From: a virus
Lineage: Duplodnaviria > Caudoviricetes
IMG/VR virus record: IMGVR_UViG_3300033070_001583
Span: 11,154-75,153 of that record
Reading direction: 5' to 3' (one strand)
Length of the DNA: 64,000 nt
In this document: positions 1 through 10,210 of the stretch, piece after piece
Layout of the letters: each line of letters opens with the position of its first letter
How positions within the stretch are numbered: the stretch's first letter is position 1
Made by a program: the position numbers and the translations under genes
Notes under the pieces: generated by a model
The model's database searches: none
Seen by the model: only the letters and a program-made list of their open reading frames with translations
What the model was told of the DNA's origin: nothing

Positions 1-442
1 ATCTCGTCGAGATATCTTTTGAAATATCTCGACGAGATGTTTTATTCTCCGTTTGAACAGACAGAATCGATCCAGAGACGACAGAGCGTACTTTTATGTC
101 GAATTCAGGATCTCTAAAGCCAACATGAGTAAAATTTCCACTGCAAACATCATCTTCGTAAACAATGCTATCTTTATGCTTGTCTAGTTCTGGATCTGCA
201 CGACCTGAGCCAGCAATCGCAGACCATGAGATGAGTACAGTTCTAGGAAGTCTTTTATTTGCATAATCTACAGTGCTAACGTCCGGGGCAACTGACTTGT
301 ATTTTTTGTTAAACTGAGTCGATTCAGAATCGTTCGTCAACTCATCTTCAGCGAAGTAGTTGTAATCGAAAGATGCTGTGAGATTATCTACTTCGGGAAC
401 ATCGAATACAGCAACTCTATCTTTTGAAAATACGATCGTCAT
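1..442 (-). CDS. Hypothetical (probably virion) protein; C-terminus runs off the left edge of the window
   Basis: Translated by hand: ATG at 442 overlaps the TGA of 439..4023 (ATGA coupling). Reads MTIVFSKDRVAVFDVPEVDNLTASFDYNYFAEDE... and stays open to position 1. Not in the ORF track. Confidence 0.75.
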   Translation of the reverse strand, partial: MTIVFSKDRVAVFDVPEVDNLTASFDYNYFAEDELTNDSESTQFNKKYKSVAPDVSTVDYANKRLPRTVLISWSAIAGSGRADPELDKHKDSIVYEDDVCSGNFTHVGFRDPEFDIKVRSVVSGSILSVQTENKTSRRDISKDISTR

Positions 443-3400
443 CTTACAAACTCTGCTGAAATTGTGTATGTCTCGTATGAGACATCTCCTGGGATTGTTC
501 CAACTCTAACTGTACCATCTTTCGATATTTCAAGCTTACCGCTTTTCACAAGATGATCCATGTCAGAGTCAGATATCTTTGTCTTCGTCTCATCAACAAC
601 GAATTCGTTAGGATCGACAATTATCGAAAAGACTCTGTCGAATCTTGACGCAACGAAGTATCTCTTAAGAAAATTCGTTGCGTCAGTGTGCTCACCGAAT
701 CTGTTGAATCTTTCCAAAAATTCATTTACGTTGTTATCAAGATCGTTGCTTGCAGTACCGCCTTTATCAAGAACTTTCTTTTCTGCTCTTGAAACAGTAT
801 CTTCTGTTATTTTTGGGGTGGGGCGGTCAGGAGGAGAAGACGTATTTTTGACCTTTTCAGAATTCTCACGCTCGGTAACTGATTCTTGAACGTAAGGAAT
901 GATCTGAGATGTTTTTGAAATATCTGGATATTCGTCTTCATTGATGTCTACACCAATCGTCATCGAAACGTAGTACCTCAATTCGATGTCTTCTAGATGA
1001 GATCTCATCAGTGAATTTTTCTCTTGCTGCGATAGAAATCCGTACGATTGATCTGAGAATGCACGATCTCCGGCCGTGACAAGCTTTTTACCAGTGTGCG
1101 AAACAGCGAAGTCAGTTGTTTGAACATCATTTGGTGATTTGCTTCTTTCAAGAAACTCCCAGTCAACGAATCTTGACAACTCGTATGTTCTATAGAGTGG
1201 CTTGAATACAACGTTAGGAAGTTCGAGATCAGTTCTTGTTACTGCTATTCTGATGATATCTTTCTGATTCTGTCCCACTCTTCCACTCTTATCTCTGTCT
1301 GAATTCGCGGAGAATTTTGAAAATCCTCTTGGAAATCCAATCTGCATCAGTCTCGCATTATCCGCAGTCGGGTGTCTCCTGATGGGCTGCTTTGCTTGCA
1401 AAAGTGCAAAATCAAAATCTTTTGGATGCGTTTCTTGAATAATGACAGGTGTCGTGCCAGAGTCTAGTCTCATTCTTACGGCATAACGATCAAATCTCTC
1501 TCTCACCAGAGAGATTTGCTGTTCATCGAAAATCTTGTAAAATCCATCCGCGCCGATTGTGTCGACAATTTTTTGGAATTCTTTCTTGTTATTTCTAAAA
1601 GTTCCGATTGCAAGATTGATCGAATCCAAAACAGTATTGATGCAAACAAGAGGAAAGATATGATGAGCTATTTCTCGAGTTTTAAGCGTTTTGATGTCCT
1701 GAAGTACATTCCTTCTGCTCGAAGTGATGTCGAATTTTGGCTGAGTAATCGAGTAAACAGTTGTATTCTGATCTACGGGCTTCTCTTGGGCTGGATTGTA
1801 ATTGTTCTTCTTCTTTTTCTTTGACTCGTGAGCATTTTGATCGGCTGCGGTCGTTGGAGTTTTCTGAACCGTACCTGCAATGTCAGAACCAACATGGGTA
1901 CTCACGAATAGCGCGAATGCGTAAAAATATGCAGACGCCATATCAAGATCGCTCAGATAACCAAATGCAGTCCTACGAGTTTTCAGAAGAGCCGTCGAAG
2001 ATCTCTCATCTCCATCAAGTTTCTTGATGAAATCTCGTACGAGCTCGCATGCAGTAAAGAAGATTGGAGACTTCACGTCTGCAAGACTTTCCTTTAGAGC
2101 TACGTCTCCGATTGAATTGAGAACACTACCAGAATTTCCAGCAGAATTTCCTCTATTTGCCTGGACATACTCTGAAACGCGTGTAACGATGGAATCAAGA
2201 AGCTTTCCGGCAGCAGCAGACGTTGTTGATGTAGAAAGTGCTTGATATCCCGTCTGCTGCTGATTCTGTTGCGTTGTCTTATCAGAAAAATTGCTAGCGT
2301 ATATGCTGAGATCTTCGTATGAACGGATCACTGTGTACGTGCAGAGCATTGCCAGCAATTTTGGATCCTGTGTTGCGAGATTGAACACTGCGCAGAGCGG
2401 ATCAGATATACTCTTCTTTGCAAAATTTGAGACAGAGTAGCGATCTAGATCATCGTCAGGGAGCTCAGTTGTCTTTCCCTGCAACTCTTCGGGTCTAACA
2501 AGCAGATGCAATACGAAATCGTTATAAAGATCAGATGCACTCTTGTGTCTGTTCTTTTTCAGTTTTGTTGTGAACACATCAACTTCTGCGCAGTGAGCAA
2601 CGAATGCATCTTGTACAGATTTGATATCGTCTCTGTACGCTGAGACATTATCATCTTTTGTGATGCCGGCAAATTGACTAATCAGAGAATCTGTGTAGTA
2701 AATCGGTGCAGGAGTAAGATATCCACCCGCGACTGACTGGTAATCTGATTCGAATGCTGCAATTCCAACTTTTGCCGTAGGTCTCAGCGTGATTGAATCA
2801 AGAGCCTTAGAATTTACAAATGAGTTTGTATAGCCAACGAAACTTTCAGAAACACCAGTGACTGCCTGCGGGAAGTTTTGATTCCCAGTTTGCTGAGCTA
2901 CGAAATTGAAGTCTGATTGTAGTCTCGTTGCATTTTTCCCGTCAAGAATAAGACGACTATATTTCAATTCTTTTTCGATACCAAACAGAATTGATGCAAT
3001 TTTCCTCTGAGAAGAGAATTTCGTATATGCATCCTGAATTGTAGAAATGCTCGAAAGGAATGGCGAATAAACTGACTTGATGTTTGTCTGTCCATTCAAA
3101 ATCGATATCGCGTTCTGAATCGAAGGGCTTGCTATGAATTTCAGTTTGTCATAGCAGTCTTGGGTCTCTATTGACGGATCACGATCCTCGAGCCATGCAA
3201 ATGCTCTCCTTGTGTCTTTCCTTCCTATTTCCTGTGTCAGGGCTGAGAGTGATCTGCGATACACTGCAGTGCCTGCCGAGTCGCTTGGTACGCTTGATAT
3301 CCAGTTTGAGTATAGAACTCTAAGATTTCGTACGTTTCCGAGATCTTTTATGATGTTAGCGATTGCGTTCTTAAGAGTTGTACCTCTTAGCTCGACGTTA

Positions 3401-4023
3401 TCTTCTAGAATCGAATACAAAGTATCATCGAGATCGATCTGCTGTTCCATCAGATTTTGGATATTGTGACCGATTCTTGCCTGGGAGAGAGAAATTGCAG
3501 ATACGCTCAACACGTTCGAGAGTTGCTTTCCTGTTTCGATCGCTCTTTGAAATCTCTCTCTGTCGCTTCGAACTATATTTGCAGCAGCTTCGCTATACTT
3601 TGAGTGAGACTTGTCTGCCTCTGCACGAGACCACCTTGTAAATTTCAAGAGATTCTGTTTATCTCTCAGGTATTTTCCAAAGAGTGTCAAGTTTCCAGAA
3701 TCAGTATAAACTGGTCTGTATTTTGCAAGATATATGATCTCTGGCAGTATCTGTGATGTCGAATCGACAGCACCATACGTGCTAAATGTTGATTGTACCC
3801 TCGGCGGATCCTGTGAGGGTTCAGGAATGAGATCTTTTGGACGGATATCTGGCTTCTCTGCTGTTGGTGCAGGAATTCCTTCTTTATTTTTACCCTTCGC
3901 CTGTGCAGATGTACCGTCTTTCACTTTCTTGGGAGGAGGCTTCTTTGCGTCCTGTTTTGGAGGCGAGCTCTGAGTCGGTTGCTGATTGATTTTTGTCGAT
4001 ACATCGCTGAGTGGTTTCTTCAT
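439..4023 (-). CDS. Large hypothetical protein (1194 aa), probably virion structural; K/P-rich N-terminus
   Basis: Long ORF with 4-nt overlaps to both neighbours; no catalytic motif recognised. Confidence 0.8.
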   Translation of the reverse strand: MKKPLSDVSTKINQQPTQSSPPKQDAKKPPPKKVKDGTSAQAKGKNKEGIPAPTAEKPDIRPKDLIPEPSQDPPRVQSTFSTYGAVDSTSQILPEIIYLAKYRPVYTDSGNLTLFGKYLRDKQNLLKFTRWSRAEADKSHSKYSEAAANIVRSDRERFQRAIETGKQLSNVLSVSAISLSQARIGHNIQNLMEQQIDLDDTLYSILEDNVELRGTTLKNAIANIIKDLGNVRNLRVLYSNWISSVPSDSAGTAVYRRSLSALTQEIGRKDTRRAFAWLEDRDPSIETQDCYDKLKFIASPSIQNAISILNGQTNIKSVYSPFLSSISTIQDAYTKFSSQRKIASILFGIEKELKYSRLILDGKNATRLQSDFNFVAQQTGNQNFPQAVTGVSESFVGYTNSFVNSKALDSITLRPTAKVGIAAFESDYQSVAGGYLTPAPIYYTDSLISQFAGITKDDNVSAYRDDIKSVQDAFVAHCAEVDVFTTKLKKNRHKSASDLYNDFVLHLLVRPEELQGKTTELPDDDLDRYSVSNFAKKSISDPLCAVFNLATQDPKLLAMLCTYTVIRSYEDLSIYASNFSDKTTQQNQQQTGYQALSTSTTSAAAGKLLDSIVTRVSEYVQANRGNSAGNSGSVLNSIGDVALKESLADVKSPIFFTACELVRDFIKKLDGDERSSTALLKTRRTAFGYLSDLDMASAYFYAFALFVSTHVGSDIAGTVQKTPTTAADQNAHESKKKKKNNYNPAQEKPVDQNTTVYSITQPKFDITSSRRNVLQDIKTLKTREIAHHIFPLVCINTVLDSINLAIGTFRNNKKEFQKIVDTIGADGFYKIFDEQQISLVRERFDRYAVRMRLDSGTTPVIIQETHPKDFDFALLQAKQPIRRHPTADNARLMQIGFPRGFSKFSANSDRDKSGRVGQNQKDIIRIAVTRTDLELPNVVFKPLYRTYELSRFVDWEFLERSKSPNDVQTTDFAVSHTGKKLVTAGDRAFSDQSYGFLSQQEKNSLMRSHLEDIELRYYVSMTIGVDINEDEYPDISKTSQIIPYVQESVTERENSEKVKNTSSPPDRPTPKITEDTVSRAEKKVLDKGGTASNDLDNNVNEFLERFNRFGEHTDATNFLKRYFVASRFDRVFSIIVDPNEFVVDETKTKISDSDMDHLVKSGKLEISKDGTVRVGTIPGDVSYETYTISAEFVR

Positions 4024-7019
4024 AATTCAGCACCAACTATTACAGGTTCGGTTCTCACTTCTTTTCCCAACTCGTAGTCATCATAAACAGGTCTCAGACC
4101 GAAGATCATCTGACCGACATGATCGTCAGATATTACAATATCAAAACTCTGTTGGAGATTCGACGTAGCTGATCCAATCAGTTCCCTCAGCCCTCCGTCG
4201 TATCTGTATATTTGAATGTGATCGATGAATCTTGATCGAGACGTATTGCTTAGTTCCCACGAGATTGTAATTTTCTTTTTCTTCACCACCACGCGGGATG
4301 ACAAAATTGTCGGTCTGATATCTGGAATAGTGATTTCGAAGTACTCCTCTTGACCGACCCTTCCGTATTCGAATTGACTCGAGCCAGAATTTTTCGATCT
4401 AGTGGCTGCAGAGGCAATCGCTCCAGTTCTCAGTGTAGTTGGATGCAGATGCACAGACGGTTTCTGCTTGTACACTCTGCCTCTGTACGTTTTCTCCACC
4501 TCTAGTGTATCGTAAAGCGTTGATGCATCTCTCAACATTGGACAAATAGAGTACACATACTTTCTACCAGCTTTCAGTGGAGAGAGCTGTAGCTTTGCCG
4601 CAAGCGATTGATCGTCAAACGTTCCACCCGCGATTATATCGAAACAAGCTCTCTCTCCAGTGAGACAATCTACTCTTGTAATGTCATAAGCAATCAGCTT
4701 TTTTAGCTTATCGCGGTCAGACATGGACTCGTTTTCGTATAGAGTAGATTTTCCCTGCTGGGCAATCAGTTGCGCAACAATATCGGATTGGTTTTGTTGT
4801 ATCTCTATTGAAACGTCGAATGTTACATTCGGTCCAGATTCAAGAATATCTGCTTTTTCATTTTCGACCCTGATATCAAGTTTTGTCTCAGGTACTGGAA
4901 GATGATAGTGCGGATAGCTTCCCGCAGTTCTCATTACTCCATTCACAGTGTAATACCTGATTGCATACTCGTATGAATTCCACTGCTTGACATTCGTATC
5001 GTAAACAGATTCGTGATACGAAAAATCGCTGACAGATCTAAATTCAGAAACATATTCGAATTGATCTATCGAATTTAGTTTCCTCTTCACGATAGCAAAT
5101 GAAACTGCAGATTTAGGGAGTCTAAACGTGTCAATTCTCACCCCTAGCGCGTCGTATTTCACCATGAACGACGGCTCAGAATCCTGTACATCGGTCGATA
5201 TAACGCCACTACCAAAAATATTTTTCTTTGAACCTGCATAACCAACTGGTACGGCTCTGTATATCGTTCTTCCGTTCGAAACCGCTGAAACGATGAATCT
5301 AGCCATCCCATTCACGGCTGATTGCGACGTTATGAATGTGTAATCGCTCGCCTGGATGTCATCGAGTTTTCTAGAATAGAGCTCAAAACTTTCGATATTC
5401 TCTCTCTCTTTTGACGTGACATTTATTACGTGATCGCTTCCAATACGTCTAACGTCTACTGTAGGTTCAAGCTTAGGAGAAAGAAATTCAACGAGAGTAG
5501 CTTGGTGATTCACAACAATCTCGTATGAGTCTACGACGACGTTTCTATCGTCCTTCGCGGAAATCGATATTGTAAAAGATTCCTTCCCATACTTGTAAAG
5601 TCTGCAGTGAGCGATTTTTGTCGTCTTTTCGTCTAGTACTGACACATAGTGATCTGGTTCAAGATCAGAAGCGCTTTTTACTGAAACTATATTTGCAGAC
5701 GTAACTGCGTCATCAATTCCTGCGAGACTTATTAGAGACTTTGGTCCGGTCGGAACAACACTTGTACCCTTTCTCGCAGCTGCAATCGAGATAATTTTCT
5801 TTGATGAAAACGTTGATTTTGCAGGATCAATCTGTGAATCGATTACTTTTTTTGAAAGGAGAGGATTGTTCTGTATCTCATACGATGCTGATGTCACCGG
5901 AAATGTGTGAGTCAACTGAAAATTTGCTGGTAGCTCTGCGGCTTGTGTTGCTTTGTAAACTTTTTTTGTGATTGTTTCAACAGAGCACTGTCTCTTCTCG
6001 TCTCCTCCTATGATCTCTGCAGAAATAGTACCTGTAAACTTCGAAGCATTCGATAGCTTTACGTTCAACGAGTAAACCGTAACATCACGAGAGCGATTAT
6101 ACGATTCAATCTCGTAAGAATCTTCGTCGATCACAAAAATCTGTTGACGCTTAATCTTTATGGGAATCATCTTTAACTCACTGAATTCGAGACAAAAAAT
6201 ACGAACGAAATTGTTGCAACCATTCGCGTCAGTGAACGTTTTCCCTAGGAATACAATCAATGGATTTTCAGAAAAGACTCTTGCCTGGAGCTTCGAGATA
6301 TCTCCTCCGGAGTACTCGTAACTCTGCATGATGATATTTCCCTCAACTGTTGTCGGATCGAATACGATCCGTTTTGAAGGATACGATTTCATCTCCAACC
6401 TAACATCTTTGACTGTTTTCTTTCTTGTCGCCTCGCCACTCGGTTTGTAAACACCTAGCTTGTCTCCATCGCGATCAATTGGTGGCATGTAACTGAAGTT
6501 ATCGAGTGTTGACATGTCAGGATCTTCAAAGAGAGAATCGTGATCTTCAATCTTTTCTACTACGTTGTAACTTACTGGGCTCTCTTGAGTAACTGTGAAC
6601 GAAACATTAGACGGACCTGCAGCAAAGCCATCGTCTCCAAAATCTTTGTTGACTGTCATCAAAATTCTTTGACGAGAGAGATTGACAGATGGCAACGCTG
6701 TCAGTTCATCAGTAATCGAATCGAGAGATCCTGTACTAAAGATTCTCGATCCAACGAGGTTAAACGTCTCTGACTTCAACGGAGCAAGCTTTCCGGAATC
6801 GTCTGACTCTAGAGTCACGAGATCGTGCGGAGAGCTGCCTTGTTCTATGAATGCTAGACCTGCTACATCGTATGAGCCAGATACTGGAGCCGAGTAAACA
6901 ACTCCGGTATCTGTCACGCTGGCATAGGAAATTTTGAAGGTACCAGCAGCAAGCTGCTTTCTTCCCTCGCTTGTTATTACTACATCTGCGATCTGAGATG
7001 CTGGATCAAGAATTCCCAT
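4020..7019 (-). CDS. Large hypothetical protein (999 aa), probably virion structural, beta-rich Ig/FN3-like C-terminal part
   Basis: Long ORF. N-terminus MGILD...DVVITSEGRKQLA resembles starts I recall from large-phage structural genes. TAATAT lies 6 nt before the ATG. Confidence 0.75.
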   Translation of the reverse strand: MGILDPASQIADVVITSEGRKQLAAGTFKISYASVTDTGVVYSAPVSGSYDVAGLAFIEQGSSPHDLVTLESDDSGKLAPLKSETFNLVGSRIFSTGSLDSITDELTALPSVNLSRQRILMTVNKDFGDDGFAAGPSNVSFTVTQESPVSYNVVEKIEDHDSLFEDPDMSTLDNFSYMPPIDRDGDKLGVYKPSGEATRKKTVKDVRLEMKSYPSKRIVFDPTTVEGNIIMQSYEYSGGDISKLQARVFSENPLIVFLGKTFTDANGCNNFVRIFCLEFSELKMIPIKIKRQQIFVIDEDSYEIESYNRSRDVTVYSLNVKLSNASKFTGTISAEIIGGDEKRQCSVETITKKVYKATQAAELPANFQLTHTFPVTSASYEIQNNPLLSKKVIDSQIDPAKSTFSSKKIISIAAARKGTSVVPTGPKSLISLAGIDDAVTSANIVSVKSASDLEPDHYVSVLDEKTTKIAHCRLYKYGKESFTISISAKDDRNVVVDSYEIVVNHQATLVEFLSPKLEPTVDVRRIGSDHVINVTSKERENIESFELYSRKLDDIQASDYTFITSQSAVNGMARFIVSAVSNGRTIYRAVPVGYAGSKKNIFGSGVISTDVQDSEPSFMVKYDALGVRIDTFRLPKSAVSFAIVKRKLNSIDQFEYVSEFRSVSDFSYHESVYDTNVKQWNSYEYAIRYYTVNGVMRTAGSYPHYHLPVPETKLDIRVENEKADILESGPNVTFDVSIEIQQNQSDIVAQLIAQQGKSTLYENESMSDRDKLKKLIAYDITRVDCLTGERACFDIIAGGTFDDQSLAAKLQLSPLKAGRKYVYSICPMLRDASTLYDTLEVEKTYRGRVYKQKPSVHLHPTTLRTGAIASAATRSKNSGSSQFEYGRVGQEEYFEITIPDIRPTILSSRVVVKKKKITISWELSNTSRSRFIDHIQIYRYDGGLRELIGSATSNLQQSFDIVISDDHVGQMIFGLRPVYDDYELGKEVRTEPVIVGAEL

Positions 7020-7028
7020 GTACTCATA

Positions 7029-8411
7029 TTACAATATCTCGCTCGCAAGAGTTGCAAGTTCTGAACGTACTCCTCTTATGAGAGATGCATGGGCAGAGAT
7101 CTTCTTCCCTGCGAATCTGTCTACGACAATTGAAAGACCGCACGTTTTTGCATTCACGTGAGGATTATCAATCTGAGACATGTCTCCCATGAGAATTACC
7201 TTCGTGCCCTCTCCAGCTCGCGTGATAATTGTCTTGAGCTCGTGAATTGTCAGATTCTGTGCTTCGTCGACAATGAAATACGAGTTTGTAATAGATCTTC
7301 CACGTACGTGTGAGATTGCTGCGATTTCGATTGTACCGTTATCAATCATCAGATCCACGTAGGGGTCACCCGTTGTTACCTGAGAAGAGATACCATACGA
7401 GTTTTTGCCGTCCCTTCCAGACTTGGTCTGGCCACCTTTGCGTTCATTCTTGGAAGAGTTCGGAAGTAGCTGAACGAGGTTATCCTTGATCGATCCAATC
7501 CAGGGCATCATCTTCTCCTCGATTGTACCCGGGAGGTACCCAATGTCTTTTCCAACGGGAATGACCGATCTTGTCACAATGAGCTTCTGATATACAGCTT
7601 TCTCGCCATGAGAAAACTTGTTCAGCTGACCTAGGCCGGCCGCTAGGGCAAGAAGAGTCTTGCCAGATCCAGCGGCTCCAGTCATCAATACAAGAGAGAC
7701 ATCTGGATCCGTCAAAACATCAAGAGCGTACCACTGCTCTTTATTCTGACCGGAGATATTGAACACCTTTTGCTGTTTGAGCGTTTCTAGCTTCCCATCT
7801 TTCCATCTGCAAAGCATCGTAGCAGAATTTGCTTCGTTGATCGCAGTCACGAAGTCATTTCCAACTGTCTCAATCGGCCAGTTTGAAGTGTCGAGAAACT
7901 TCTGTCTGCACAGAGTTTCGAACTCAGTCGGCGCAAGAAAAACGCTATCGTCAGCTTTGACTGGAGTTGGGTCTTTCTTGTAAACGCCAGTTGCACTTTT
8001 GAAATCCTCAGATGTGATTCCAAGAGCTGCTGCCTTGACTCTAAGGTTCGCATCTTGGGTTACGAGGATAGGACAGTCAATCCCTGATGTTATTACAGCT
8101 TCAATGATCTTGTTGTCATTTTTCGTAAAATCAAGCTGATTCTCATCAAGCTGCTTTCTTTGAGTAAGAATGAACCTAAGTTTTCCACCTTCCGGAGTTG
8201 TAAGTTCACTTCTATTTTTCCCACGTGTGAGCTCATCAAGATTTCTGATCACTGTGCGAGCCAGCAATCCGACATCGTCTTGCCGCGATTTCAAGTGATC
8301 GAGCTCTTCAATAACAACAAGAGGAATGTATACGTCGTGCTCTGCAAAACACGCATATCCCTCAGGATTAGTGATGAGAACGTTTGTATCGAGCACGTAA
8401 TTTTTCTTCAT
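7029..8411 (-). CDS. phoH: PIN-domain PhoH-like ATPase (PhoH2/YlaK type)
   Basis: N-terminal PIN motif YVLDTNVL...VVIEELD; Walker A GAAGSGKT; PhoH motifs RGRS, IVDEAQN and GDMSQID. Confidence 0.93.
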   Translation of the reverse strand: MKKNYVLDTNVLITNPEGYACFAEHDVYIPLVVIEELDHLKSRQDDVGLLARTVIRNLDELTRGKNRSELTTPEGGKLRFILTQRKQLDENQLDFTKNDNKIIEAVITSGIDCPILVTQDANLRVKAAALGITSEDFKSATGVYKKDPTPVKADDSVFLAPTEFETLCRQKFLDTSNWPIETVGNDFVTAINEANSATMLCRWKDGKLETLKQQKVFNISGQNKEQWYALDVLTDPDVSLVLMTGAAGSGKTLLALAAGLGQLNKFSHGEKAVYQKLIVTRSVIPVGKDIGYLPGTIEEKMMPWIGSIKDNLVQLLPNSSKNERKGGQTKSGRDGKNSYGISSQVTTGDPYVDLMIDNGTIEIAAISHVRGRSITNSYFIVDEAQNLTIHELKTIITRAGEGTKVILMGDMSQIDNPHVNAKTCGLSIVVDRFAGKKISAHASLIRGVRSELATLASEIL

Positions 8412-8430
8412 CCTGCACAGATCATACGAT

Positions 8431-8781
8431 ATGGTTGATGATTGTGTTATGAAGAAACTTAATGTTTTGAATCAGAAGTGCTACGAACTCGTTGCAGAAC
8501 ACTCAGTTCCCTGCAATCGGAAATCGTGTTCTGCATGGGTTAAAACAGAAGAGTACAAGAATTGCTCAATTCTTGCGTCTGAACGTAAACACACTCTAGA
8601 AGAGATCAGTAATATGTTTGATATCTCACGTATGAGAATCTGTCAAATCCAATACGATTCAATCAAACAGATTCACTCTGCACTTCAGATGTTACCTCTG
8701 GTAGAGGATTCTTGCGTGGCCGGCCGCCACGCTTCTTTTCAGGAGCTGGTGGTGGAGCTGGGAAATCTTCACGCAAGATAG
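8431..8781 (+). CDS. Cys-rich protein with sigma-70 region 4-like helix-turn-helix
   Basis: HTLEEISNMFDISRMRICQI matches the TLEEIG..F.VSRERIRQI region-4 pattern; four Cys in the N-terminus. The 3' end overlaps the antisense ORF 8663..8977. Confidence 0.7.
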   Translation: MVDDCVMKKLNVLNQKCYELVAEHSVPCNRKSCSAWVKTEEYKNCSILASERKHTLEEISNMFDISRMRICQIQYDSIKQIHSALQMLPLVEDSCVAGRHASFQELVVELGNLHAR

Positions 8782-8977
8782 GATGAGACGCCACGTCAAC
8801 TAGTAGTGGCTCTTCAACGAAAGCTGGCTGTGATTGCGCAGCCGGAACACTCTCGGCTGGTACGGATGATCGTACCGGCTTTGGCTTCAGGCTCCCTGTT
8901 TTGTGATCAAGCACATTCTCTTCTAGATGCGAGAGGCCTGCTTGTTCAATTTCTGCTATTACTGCACGATTTGCCAT
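8663..8977 (-). CDS. Small Pro-rich protein with an AT-hook-like motif
   Basis: KKRGGRPRKNP contains the GRP core flanked by basic residues; sits in line with the minus-strand operon. Confidence 0.6.
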   Translation of the reverse strand: MANRAVIAEIEQAGLSHLEENVLDHKTGSLKPKPVRSSVPAESVPAAQSQPAFVEEPLLVDVASHPILREDFPAPPPAPEKKRGGRPRKNPLPEVTSEVQSESV

Positions 8978-8984
8978 GCAGTAA

Positions 8985-9332
8985 TTATAAGTCTTGTTTC
9001 TTTTTCTTTTTCGCTATTCTTGGATGACGACCCTTTGTTCTCCGCTCTGCAATGTCGTCTTTCAACGTAAGAGCGTCTTTTCTCATCACACCAATGTATT
9101 TTGAGAGATTTGCAAGAACGCGTCTGTATCTTACGATCGTGGGTATATCGCCTCTTCCATTAAGAGAAAGTACAACAAGACGTTTTACTTCCCTTGCTGT
9201 TTGAACAAGCTTCTCGGCCTGCTCCAGTGCATGCTCTGCTAGAGCTGTATCAATAGGCGGCTGAGTGTCATAGAACGTTGGATCCGGATCTTCTTCTTCG
9301 ACAATCTCTTCTTTTGGATCTTCATTTTCCAT
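8985..9332 (-). CDS. Hypothetical protein with acidic N-terminus and basic C-terminus
   Basis: ORF in the operon; overlaps the end of clpP. Confidence 0.65.
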   Translation of the reverse strand: MENEDPKEEIVEEEDPDPTFYDTQPPIDTALAEHALEQAEKLVQTAREVKRLVVLSLNGRGDIPTIVRYRRVLANLSKYIGVMRKDALTLKDDIAERRTKGRHPRIAKKKKKQDL

Positions 9333-9948
9333 TCTTTTTCACTTTCTTCTTTTCCGGTACCGACGGTACGGCTCCAATAATCGCGTCTGCAAGGCCGTAT
9401 TTCACAGCTGTGGGAGCATCAAAGTTATGATCGTGACCAAGCGTCATGATCTTCTTAAGATCATCTGACGTAAGCTTACTGTGCCTCGAGACATACAGAT
9501 CCATTCGATCTTGCAACCGTACCATCTCTTGCAATTCTGCTGCGATATGAATTGCATTTCCACCTGTTGAAGTAGAAACAGGGTGCATCATGATTGTCGT
9601 GGACTCTCCTAGGAATCTCTTGCCTGGAGTACCTGCCGCAAGAATCATAACACCAGCAGACATTACCTTGCCCAAGCCAGTCGTACGTACATCGCACCCA
9701 TTCACATTCCTGACGATGTTAATTGCATCATATAGAGCAAAAGCATCGTGAACATTTCCACCGTATGTCGACATGACGATGTCGATTGGCGCAGAAGATT
9801 GCGAGCCAAGAGCGATAATATTCGCAATTGCATTTGTGATTCCATACTCCTCAATCTCTCCCGTCAAGAAGATCATTCTTTCAACAGCCGAACCCTGAGA
9901 TGTGTCGGTATTGTGATGCGATGACTTACTGGTGATATTTCTTCCCAT
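9322..9948 (-). CDS. clpP: ATP-dependent Clp protease proteolytic subunit
   Basis: STYGGNVHDAFALYDAI; catalytic Ser in KVMSAG; His in MMHP; C-terminal D..F.A..A..YGLAD. AAGGA RBS upstream. Confidence 0.92.
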   Translation of the reverse strand: MGRNITSKSSHHNTDTSQGSAVERMIFLTGEIEEYGITNAIANIIALGSQSSAPIDIVMSTYGGNVHDAFALYDAINIVRNVNGCDVRTTGLGKVMSAGVMILAAGTPGKRFLGESTTIMMHPVSTSTGGNAIHIAAELQEMVRLQDRMDLYVSRHSKLTSDDLKKIMTLGHDHNFDAPTAVKYGLADAIIGAVPSVPEKKKVKKNGK

Positions 9949-9979
9949 GCTGTATCATTGTCCTTTTAGGTACTGATTT

Positions 9980-10210
9980 TCAATCTTCTCTTGAGAGACG
10001 ATAATTTTCGAGATGCTGATTTGTGGAGCCAACGATATCGAGCATTGCTATGTTTGATTCGAGCTCGAGTGCAATCAAAGAGATGAGCTTGATGAGCTCA
10101 ATGTCAGAGTGCAATTTTCTGAGTCGCTTTGCTTCGACTCTCAGCTCTTGGATTTTATCAGCTCTCTCTGCAAGCTCAGACTGTTGATTCTTCGCTGAAT
10201 GATTCGACAT
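9980..10210 (-). CDS. Small coiled-coil hypothetical protein
   Basis: Short helical ORF in the operon. Confidence 0.55.
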   Translation of the reverse strand: MSNHSAKNQQSELAERADKIQELRVEAKRLRKLHSDIELIKLISLIALELESNIAMLDIVGSTNQHLENYRLSRED

